DNA from: Phormidesmis sp.
GTDB lineage: Bacteria; Cyanobacteriota; Cyanobacteriia; Leptolyngbyales; Leptolyngbyaceae
Assembly (NCBI GenBank): GCA_965248535.1
Contig: CBDFJR010000005.1
Location: 128,001 to 192,000 of the forward strand
Reading direction: 5' to 3'
Length of the DNA stretch: 64,000 nt
The notes under the pieces are model-generated. The model saw nothing but the letters and a program-made list of their open reading frames with translations, was not told where the DNA came from and ran no database searches. This document shows positions 30,353 through 38,187 of the stretch, piece by piece. The translations under genes and the position numbers were made by a program. Within the stretch, counting starts at the first letter, position 1. Each line of letters begins with the position of its first letter.

Positions 30353-31774
30353 TTATCTGCCCAGAATGGTCGGATTATTGGATGCAAACACGCCCGCGAC
30401 ACAGCCGATCATCAACGTGGCTAGGGTTGCCGCCCAAAGCGCCTTCCAGCCCAACTCGCTGAGATCTTTGCGGCGAGACGGAATCAGACTCACAAAACCG
30501 CCCACAAAAATGCCGACAGCCGGAAGATGGGCAAAGCCACAGAGCGCATAGCTGATGATGAGAAGGGCCCGATCGCTGATCGCGCCTTTGTCGGCTAAAA
30601 CCGCTAACTGCTGATAAACCGGAACTTCGGTTTCGAGCAGCCTGCGCCCAATTAATAGCGAAGACTGCCAAAGCTCTGGCCAGTTGAGCGAAACGCCCGT
30701 GAGAAACGTCAACGGCAAAAACAGCGCCCCGACAATGTTTTGCAAGGTCACGACTTCAAAAATCAGACCCAACCGACGGACAAATAGATTGCTGCTCTGG
30801 GCAAGGGATGCGAGATTGCCAAAGAACAGATTCACCAGCGCCACTAACCCTAAAACGGCGATTAAGAGAGCAGCGATCGAGACCGCCAACTTCACCCCAT
30901 CCATTGCGCCCGTGATAATGCTTTCCATCGCGTTTGATTCGAGATTTGCATCGTCGGGTGACTCGGCTGGCAAACTTCCCAGGGTTTTAGGAGTCTCAGT
31001 TTCGGGCACCAGCAGTTTAGCTGTCACAAAACAAGCCGGAATCGCCATGATCGAAGCCGAAATCAAATGCCCGGTGATATTGGGAAAAACAGGGCGAAGT
31101 AGCTGTGCGTAAAGCGCTAAAACCGTTGAGGCAATGCTGCCATAGCAAGCTGTGAGAATGGCGCACAACTCGCTGCGCGTCATCTCGGCTAAAAACGGCC
31201 GGACGACCAGCGCAGACTCAATGCCGACAAAAATATTGGTTGCGCCGCTTAACGCCTCTGCGCCGCTCAAGCCCATTGTGCGGCGAAATAACTTGGCGAA
31301 AATATTCACAACTGGCTGAATCAATCGCAAGTGATAAAACAGCGACATCAGCGCCGAAAAGAAAATCACTGACGGCAGCGCCCGAAACGCAAACACATAG
31401 CCCAAATTGAGATTGTCAGGGCTGAGGCGATCGCCAGACACAGGCACATAGGGCGGCGTAACGGCGCGGGCAATCCAGCGCCCTGCCAAAATCGGGCCCG
31501 GCACGCGATTGGGTTCGGGCACGAGCAGAGAGCCAAAGATAAACCGTGATCCTGCTTCGGTGGCATCTAAAATTGCGTTCACGCCATCACTGAGCACCTG
31601 AATCACCGTGCGGGTGCCGGGGAAGGAGAACACCAACAGCCCCAGCACTAGCTGTAACCCAAGCCCCCAGATAATCACCTTCCAGGGAATGATGCGGCGA
31701 TTTTCAGACCCTAACCAGGCGATGCCACAGAGCGCAAAAATGCCAACGAACGACAGAAGATTTAACCAGGTCAT
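30353..31774 (-). CDS. NupC/CNT family nucleoside transporter
   Basis: FAFRALPSVIFFS, SGAEALSGA.NIFVG, IS.S.MAIPA, SYALCGFAH. Confidence 0.92.
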   Translation of the reverse strand: MTWLNLLSFVGIFALCGIAWLGSENRRIIPWKVIIWGLGLQLVLGLLVFSFPGTRTVIQVLSDGVNAILDATEAGSRFIFGSLLVPEPNRVPGPILAGRWIARAVTPPYVPVSGDRLSPDNLNLGYVFAFRALPSVIFFSALMSLFYHLRLIQPVVNIFAKLFRRTMGLSGAEALSGATNIFVGIESALVVRPFLAEMTRSELCAILTACYGSIASTVLALYAQLLRPVFPNITGHLISASIMAIPACFVTAKLLVPETETPKTLGSLPAESPDDANLESNAMESIITGAMDGVKLAVSIAALLIAVLGLVALVNLFFGNLASLAQSSNLFVRRLGLIFEVVTLQNIVGALFLPLTFLTGVSLNWPELWQSSLLIGRRLLETEVPVYQQLAVLADKGAISDRALLIISYALCGFAHLPAVGIFVGGFVSLIPSRRKDLSELGWKALWAATLATLMIGCVAGVFASNNPTILGR

Positions 31775-31776
31775 TA

Positions 31777-32745
31777 TTAATATCGACCCAGAAGGTCATT
31801 AAATCTGATTTTCAGCAAGTCTATCAACATTCGGATCGAGTCTTGCAGAAGATTAACCGTTGAGATCTTTGTTTGATGCTGGTCTGACACCTTGGCCGGA
31901 ACTTCTACGATCGTATAGCCCCATTTTTTGGCCAGATAAATCAACTCAACATCAAAGGAAAAGCCCGTTAATTCTTGTTGAGCAAATAATGCTTTGGCCG
32001 CGTTTTTTCTAAAGCCTTTCAAGCCTGCCTGCATATCTCGATAGCCGAGATTTAAAATTTTTCGAGACAGAATGTTAAACACTTTGCCTGCAATTTTGCG
32101 GCTGAACTTGAGATCGCTGCTGTTGCCTGGGGAAAGGCTGCGAGACCCGATCGCCACATCAGACTGCTGCAAGGCGGCAACAAGCCGCTCTAAATGATCT
32201 AGCGAGTAGGCGAGATCACTATCGAGATAGCAAACAAACTCTGCATCTGCATGATCAACGCCGCGCTTGATGGCATAGCCTTTGCCTGCGCGAGGGTGAT
32301 AGGAAACGAGTTGAATTTGATGAGTTTTAGCCGCGTGAATGCTTGCGGTGATGATGGATTTTGTGCGATCGCTAGACCCATCATTCACAAAAATAAACGT
32401 AAATTGAGGATGGCGACAGGCATATTCAAAAACTGCATTAAAGGTTTTTTGAATGCAAGCCTGCTCATTGTAGACGGGCAAAACGACACACACATCGCCC
32501 GTTTTAGTGAGCGTAGCCGGATTGTCATAAGCGCGATGTCTTGAGGCGCAGTCGGGAGATTCATCTTGCATCGGTCTAGAACCTTGAGATCTGGAACTCT
32601 GCCGAGTCCCCTCTTGCCGATGCAGGAATTGAACCCAGACATTGCGAGGGTTCCACGTTTTTTTCATTGCGATCGCGTCCTCATCGATATGCCTTGACAC
32701 TCCTGACGACTCAAACGAGCCTGAAAATAAGAATACATGATCCAT
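31777..32745 (-). CDS. GT2 glycosyltransferase, dolichyl/undecaprenyl-phosphate glycosyltransferase-like
   Basis: PVYNE, NDGSSD, GKGYA, DSDL, D.QAG.K, FDVEL; true start may be downstream (e.g. 32667). Confidence 0.88.
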   Translation of the reverse strand: MDHVFLFSGSFESSGVSRHIDEDAIAMKKTWNPRNVWVQFLHRQEGTRQSSRSQGSRPMQDESPDCASRHRAYDNPATLTKTGDVCVVLPVYNEQACIQKTFNAVFEYACRHPQFTFIFVNDGSSDRTKSIITASIHAAKTHQIQLVSYHPRAGKGYAIKRGVDHADAEFVCYLDSDLAYSLDHLERLVAALQQSDVAIGSRSLSPGNSSDLKFSRKIAGKVFNILSRKILNLGYRDMQAGLKGFRKNAAKALFAQQELTGFSFDVELIYLAKKWGYTIVEVPAKVSDQHQTKISTVNLLQDSIRMLIDLLKIRFNDLLGRY

Positions 32746-32746
32746 C

Positions 32747-34360
32747 CTACATTCCGGCTTTCAGGGTTTGCCAGGCAGCCAGCGCGCTAGGGTTTGACGA
32801 GACCCCTCGCTGCATCAACACTACGCCGTCTTGAACATCAAGCACTCCATAGGTGCCGTCTGCCACAATTTTTTCTAGCGTGGGAAGCGTTGATCGTAAG
32901 TCACTTCGACTATCGGCAAATGCCGTTTGATATTCTTGCATCTGCCATAAATCTGCAACCGCATAGTCTACAGCGATCGTCTGGTCACGATCGTCCTTGA
33001 TTTGAAGTCCCGGTAGCCGAATGATCACCCGCCGACTCGACAAGTGAGGAATTAAATAAGTCGTTGCAGAAACGCTGGCATCGGCAGGAATTTGTCGAAT
33101 CACTTGATTCACTTGATCAGCATGGCTCCACTGGCGCGTCAGCGGCACAAACACCCACGGGCGAATCGAGTCAGGAATCATAAACGACAGCGCCCGATTG
33201 GGATTGTTTGTCACGGTGATGGCGATCGAGAGCACCAAACAAAGACTCCAGAAGCGGCGAAACCGGGGCGTAAATCGATCGGGATGGCACGACCACCACA
33301 GCACCGCCCCATAAAACACGCCAGGCACGATCGACAGGGCATAGCGCAGATTCAGCGACAAAGCAGAAAATCCTGATTGCAAAAACAGCATGATGAGTGG
33401 AAAGCCCGCGATCGTCCAAGCAGACGGCGACAAAGCAGGAATAAACGCCAGCGAGAGCCACTGTCCGGCGAGATAGCTGAGGCGACGATCGAGGGGCAAA
33501 AACAGGCTCGACAGCAGCGCGATCGGGTGAGTCAAAATGCCCCCCAAAACCTGCAACGTGCTGGGATTTTCAGTGGTGACAAATTGCTTAAATCGGTGGG
33601 CTAGATAGAGCCGCGAGTTGTCAGGAGAAATCTGCGGCATGATCGCATTCGTGACGATCGCCACATAGCTAAAGCTGATCAAACACACCGCTAGCCCAAC
33701 CCAAGGGTGACGGCGACTCAGCAGCAGATAGACTCCGACCCCAAACAGCAAAATCCCTGCGTCTTCTCGAATGCCTAACACGAGCAAAGCACACAGCCAA
33801 AACCAGATCCAGCGCTGTTTTTCTAACGCTAACAGCAACGCAAACGCCAATAGCGGAATCTGACACTGCTCATAAAAATTGGCCACGGTCGGAGAAATGA
33901 CCGCGATCGCGGCATAATAACTGCCCATGATCCACAGCGATAGATGCGGCTGAAGATAGTGTCGAGCCAAGGCGTAGAGCAAAAGTCCTGCCAGGGTGAT
34001 TAACCCAACCTGCAACACGATCAGCGTCACCGGGTGAGGAGCTATTGCATAGAAGGGCAGCCACAGTAGAAAATCTAAAACAAAATGCTGACCTAAATGC
34101 AAAAAATGCACCGTTGGAATCACGCCATCTTCAAGAGACACGACCGAATTTGCAGAGGTTAGAGAACTCTGGAACCAATGCCCGTGCAAATTGTTCCAAA
34201 AAATCTGATTAAACAGTCCGTGATCATAAGACGAATAGAAAACGAAGTAGCGGTGCAGCGAAATCAGCAACACGCTGGTAAAAAAAATGGCTGCAAGCAA
34301 CCCCGATCGCTTCCAACCCAGTTGATCGGTTGCCGGAATCCAAGATTTAAGAAAAGTCAT
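32747..34360 (-). CDS. DUF2079 family membrane protein
   Basis: SSYD.GLFNQ, LGQHF, REDAG, RYA, HLSSR motifs; many TM helices. Confidence 0.82.
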   Translation of the reverse strand: MTFLKSWIPATDQLGWKRSGLLAAIFFTSVLLISLHRYFVFYSSYDHGLFNQIFWNNLHGHWFQSSLTSANSVVSLEDGVIPTVHFLHLGQHFVLDFLLWLPFYAIAPHPVTLIVLQVGLITLAGLLLYALARHYLQPHLSLWIMGSYYAAIAVISPTVANFYEQCQIPLLAFALLLALEKQRWIWFWLCALLVLGIREDAGILLFGVGVYLLLSRRHPWVGLAVCLISFSYVAIVTNAIMPQISPDNSRLYLAHRFKQFVTTENPSTLQVLGGILTHPIALLSSLFLPLDRRLSYLAGQWLSLAFIPALSPSAWTIAGFPLIMLFLQSGFSALSLNLRYALSIVPGVFYGAVLWWSCHPDRFTPRFRRFWSLCLVLSIAITVTNNPNRALSFMIPDSIRPWVFVPLTRQWSHADQVNQVIRQIPADASVSATTYLIPHLSSRRVIIRLPGLQIKDDRDQTIAVDYAVADLWQMQEYQTAFADSRSDLRSTLPTLEKIVADGTYGVLDVQDGVVLMQRGVSSNPSALAAWQTLKAGM

Positions 34361-34390
34361 TCAACACAAGCTTGAGGATATGGGCGATCG

Positions 34391-35899
34391 TCAACGAGCG
34401 ACGGCGGGTTTTTGAGTCGCCTTAGGCTTGGGTGACTGTTGAGGAGCAGGCACCGCCGGAACCGGAAGCGGTTTTATAGTGGTAGGCACCGCCGTCGAAG
34501 TCGGAGCGGGCACACTCGCCGGGGGCTGGCTTTTCGCCCAAAATGCTGCGCTGCCCGTGTCATAAAACCCAGCCACACACGCGATCATCATCGTCGCTAA
34601 AGTGCCCACAAAGAGCGCCTTCCACCCCAGTTCTGAAATGTCTTTGCGACGAGACGGAATCAGCGCGATCGTGCCTCCCACAAAAATCCCCACCGAGGCC
34701 AGGTGAGCAAACCCAGACAGCGCATAGCTGATGATCAAAACCGCCCGATCGCTGAGAGGGTGAACCGGACGAGCGGCAGCAGCAGCCAAAGCCTGATAGG
34801 GCGGAATCGCCGTTTCTAGCAATCTGCGCCCAATAATCACCGACGATTCCCACAACTCATTCCACTCTAGAGACACGCCCGTCAAAAACGTAAACGGCAG
34901 GAACAATGCGCCCTCAATATTCGCCAGAGTGACAATGCCAAAAAACTGTCCAATCACCCCCGGAATGCCCGCCAAGCCTGCAAAAATTTGATTGACGAGG
35001 GACACCAAACCCAAGATGAGAATCAGCACGGCGGCGATCGCCACCGACATTTTCACCCCGTCTAAGGCACCCACGATCGCCGCATCTAGAGGACTCACTC
35101 GCTCGATCGGTTCGCCACCGACCGTCTCTCTAGACAACCCTTCATCGTTTTCATCTCGGTCTAACTCAACTGGAATGCCCCCCGCCGTTAGGGGAACCTC
35201 GGTTTCGGGCACCAAAATCTTAGACAACACAAAACAAGCCGGAATCGCAATGATCGACGCAGAAACCAAGTGTCCTAAAATGTTGGGAAACACCGGACGT
35301 AAAAAGCTGACATAAATCGCCAGCGTTGATGAAGCCGCCGTGCCAAAACAGCAGGCCAAAATCGCACAGAGTTCGCTGCGGGTCATCTTCGCCAAAAAGG
35401 GCTTGACCACGATCGCCGCTTCAATGCCGACAAAAATATTCGCCGCGCCGCTCAACGCCTCAGCCCCACTCAACCGCATCGTAGTGTAAAACGCTTTCGC
35501 AAACAGATTGGTGACGACCTGAATCACGCCAATGTTATAGAGCAACGCCATTAAACCAGAGAAAAAAACCACCGTCGGCAAAGCTCGAAAGGCAAAAATA
35601 TAGCCGAGATTAATATCAGCAGGTCGAGTCGGCAACGGGACAATATTTTTGCCAAACACAAAACTCGCACCCGTATCTGCGGCCAAAAACACGCCATCTA
35701 GCAGGTTACTAAAGACTTGCAGCGCCTCTCTTGTGAAGGGCAACCAAAACACTAGCGCCCCCAGCACCAGTTGCATCAGAATTCCCATGATCACGACGCG
35801 CCATGGAAAGACTCTAGGGCTGCGGTTTTCTGAAAACAGCCAGGCGATCGCACACAAGCCAAAAATGCCTAAAAATGAGATGAGATTGAGTAGACTCAT
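34391..35899 (-). CDS. NupC/CNT family nucleoside transporter with a Pro-rich C-terminal tail
   Basis: Paralog of 30353-31774 with the same motifs. Confidence 0.92.
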   Translation of the reverse strand: MSLLNLISFLGIFGLCAIAWLFSENRSPRVFPWRVVIMGILMQLVLGALVFWLPFTREALQVFSNLLDGVFLAADTGASFVFGKNIVPLPTRPADINLGYIFAFRALPTVVFFSGLMALLYNIGVIQVVTNLFAKAFYTTMRLSGAEALSGAANIFVGIEAAIVVKPFLAKMTRSELCAILACCFGTAASSTLAIYVSFLRPVFPNILGHLVSASIIAIPACFVLSKILVPETEVPLTAGGIPVELDRDENDEGLSRETVGGEPIERVSPLDAAIVGALDGVKMSVAIAAVLILILGLVSLVNQIFAGLAGIPGVIGQFFGIVTLANIEGALFLPFTFLTGVSLEWNELWESSVIIGRRLLETAIPPYQALAAAAARPVHPLSDRAVLIISYALSGFAHLASVGIFVGGTIALIPSRRKDISELGWKALFVGTLATMMIACVAGFYDTGSAAFWAKSQPPASVPAPTSTAVPTTIKPLPVPAVPAPQQSPKPKATQKPAVAR

Positions 35900-36092
35900 G
35901 GAACCGAATCCTTGAACGAGGGCGAAACGTTCTTCAGGACTACTCTCAAGGTAGATGAATGAGCGTCTCTAAGACGATACCTAAAAAAGGCTCGATCGGC
36001 GCACCTAATTCTCACGATCGCGATCGCCCAAAATTGGTAAGCCGAGACTTGAAACGGTCATAATAAGCAGAGTCGCCCTCATTCGTTGATTT

Positions 36093-36377
36093 ATGGATGC
36101 TTTTAAGCCAACCGCGCCGACCTGGACAGAACTCGCCGTTCACGCTCATGAGTTTCACTGTCCTGCTTGCCATAAATCTTGCATTGAAGCAGACCAGGTT
36201 TGGGTAAATCGACGATCGCCCGTTTTTTCAGATGACTATCGCAAAAAATGGCAAGAGTTTTATCAGTGCCAGTGTGGTCAGGTTTGGTGGGCTTGGAGTA
36301 ACGATCGTCCGCCGTCAGAGTTGCCTGAGCGCGATCGGCCAGTCAGAGATGTTTTTAACCCGTTTGACGATCTGTGA
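36093..36377 (+). CDS. Small Cys-rich (zinc-ribbon-like) cyanobacterial protein
   Basis: CPAC...CQC, WQEFY, WWAW. Confidence 0.75.
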   Translation: MDAFKPTAPTWTELAVHAHEFHCPACHKSCIEADQVWVNRRSPVFSDDYRKKWQEFYQCQCGQVWWAWSNDRPPSELPERDRPVRDVFNPFDDL

Positions 36378-36470
36378 GAACGAATGTGGAGTGCTAGTTC
36401 AAACAGCCGACCAGATGCTTAAGAAGCATTTAGAAAAAAGTTAGGCGAGTCTACATTCCACGATCGATTT

Positions 36471-37466
36471 TCACCACAAGGATTTTCGACATATGGAATT
36501 CGGAAAATTTTCGACAAATCTTCTATGGGAAGTAACCGAAGGACTATACGTAGTCGGATCTTTACCAACCTCAATTAAAATAGTTCCTCCACAGCATTTT
36601 TTACTCATAAGTCCCTTGGCGGGTAAACCGCTGAGATGAACAATATTGCCATCTGGCAAATTTACAGCACATTTCTCTGATAGCTGTGTGCATAAAATAT
36701 GAGCCTTCGGCGTGGCTAATAAAACTCCCTCTACAATCTCATCATCTGGATTTTTATGAAGCTTTCTGTCAATTGAGAAAATGACTAACTTGGGCCGCAC
36801 AAGACTGCATAATTGTTGAGCAAATGCTTTGCTGTTTACACGAAAACCTGGTTTACCACCATGATGGGGAAAAACTAAAATATCAGCTTGTAGGTCTTCA
36901 GATTCCTTGAGCATATTGTTTAGCCCAGTTTGGTCTAAATCTCCTGCTAGAATAGCGACCTTACGAGTGTTGTAAACTAGAGAAACGACGGCTGACATAG
37001 AATTAGCTCGTAGAGTTTTACCCGCCAAGTCTTTTCCACCTACACCTGCTAAGGCAAGTTCTGGAACTGGAGCGAGTACTTCAACGATCACTTGTCCAAC
37101 ATTAAGTTCGCCCGTTGTTGATGTTGTCAATTCTGCCTTAACTTTGACACCAGAACGGCGACGTGCATCTCCCAATGCACTGAGTACATCTTTCCAGACT
37201 TCAGTGTCTCTGAGCCAATCGGAATTGAGGTGGATATTATGAATTTTGATATCTCGATTCAGGAGTAGCTGAGGAATTCCAGCAATGTGATCTTGGTCAG
37301 CGTGAGAAATCAAAACATGGGAAATTTCTGTGATCCCAAGATGATGCAATGTTTCTGGTAATACAGCACCGGGAGGACAGTCAATCAGCACCGTGCCTTC
37401 TGTATCTCTCAACAATGCACAATTGCCATGTCCAACATCTAAAATGATTAGCTCAGGAAATTCCAT
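36471..37466 (-). CDS. ComEC/Rec2-like MBL-fold hydrolase (probable nuclease)
   Basis: LDVGHGN, LID, SHADQDH, N.MS, AGD, PHHGG, S...H.NP motifs; no TM competence domain; Cys-rich C-terminus; ATG at 37466. Confidence 0.85.
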   Translation of the reverse strand: MEFPELIILDVGHGNCALLRDTEGTVLIDCPPGAVLPETLHHLGITEISHVLISHADQDHIAGIPQLLLNRDIKIHNIHLNSDWLRDTEVWKDVLSALGDARRRSGVKVKAELTTSTTGELNVGQVIVEVLAPVPELALAGVGGKDLAGKTLRANSMSAVVSLVYNTRKVAILAGDLDQTGLNNMLKESEDLQADILVFPHHGGKPGFRVNSKAFAQQLCSLVRPKLVIFSIDRKLHKNPDDEIVEGVLLATPKAHILCTQLSEKCAVNLPDGNIVHLSGLPAKGLMSKKCCGGTILIEVGKDPTTYSPSVTSHRRFVENFPNSICRKSLW

Positions 37467-38187
37467 CAATCTCTTCCGGTGTAGGTGCTACTTCAAAATC
37501 AGTGAAATATAAATCTTCAGGATTCTCAGCACCGCTATTGACATTAGCAATGAGGCGAGTACCGATTTCTGGCTCAAAGTTAAAAATCCATTCACGGATC
37601 AAGGATAAAGGTAACGGCACAGGAGTCTCAGGCTTCCAACTTGGAATGATTACATCTACAACGTCCTCCCTGTAGTTTGCATCAAAATCAATAATCCTTA
37701 CTATGTTTCTGTAAGGTTTTCTGTCACTTGAAAATGTCCCACCAAACTCAGATAAGCAAGTTTCTAATCCTGCTTTTATGGTGGATTTATTTAAATTACT
37801 CTTGCTCAAAAGCACAGGTATTTTGTGCCTAAGTTTTCTGATGGGTACATCTTTATCCATCTCGTAAAACTGAGTATTTAGTATCGCTGGTATTTTCCGA
37901 TCGTATAGAGTTGCTACCAAGTCAGAACCATCAAAATTAGCGAATCCAGATTTTCTTAGGCGCTGATCACACAAAACTCCGTATGTATCTTCAGAAATCT
38001 GCGATATTAAGTCATCAATATCTGTGAAAGAACCTTCAACAATCAAAACCGGTTCGTAACCTGCCTCTTCAACATCCCAAAACGCTGCGTTAGCAAAATC
38101 TTTTTCATCATCAATGATGAAAACTTTAGACTTCTCACGTGGTTGTTCACTTGAAAGATCTTCAGCAAACTTGCTTATTGCAACCAT
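37453..38187 (-). CDS. Receiver-domain protein with an uncharacterised C-terminal domain
   Basis: VFIIDDE acidic pocket, LCDQRL (phospho-Asp), LNT and LSK conserved positions; about 90-aa beta-rich C-terminus. Confidence 0.78.
   Translation of the reverse strand: MVAISKFAEDLSSEQPREKSKVFIIDDEKDFANAAFWDVEEAGYEPVLIVEGSFTDIDDLISQISEDTYGVLCDQRLRKSGFANFDGSDLVATLYDRKIPAILNTQFYEMDKDVPIRKLRHKIPVLLSKSNLNKSTIKAGLETCLSEFGGTFSSDRKPYRNIVRIIDFDANYREDVVDVIIPSWKPETPVPLPLSLIREWIFNFEPEIGTRLIANVNSGAENPEDLYFTDFEVAPTPEEIDGIS

Noticed and set aside
36378..36444. Short frame NECGVLVQTADQMLKKHLEKS* at the islet edge as a gene remnant
   Set aside because: No recognisable motif; too short to support.
36471..37466. 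Call as the competence protein ComEC
   Set aside because: Lacks the multi-TM competence and OB domains; only the soluble MBL domain is present.
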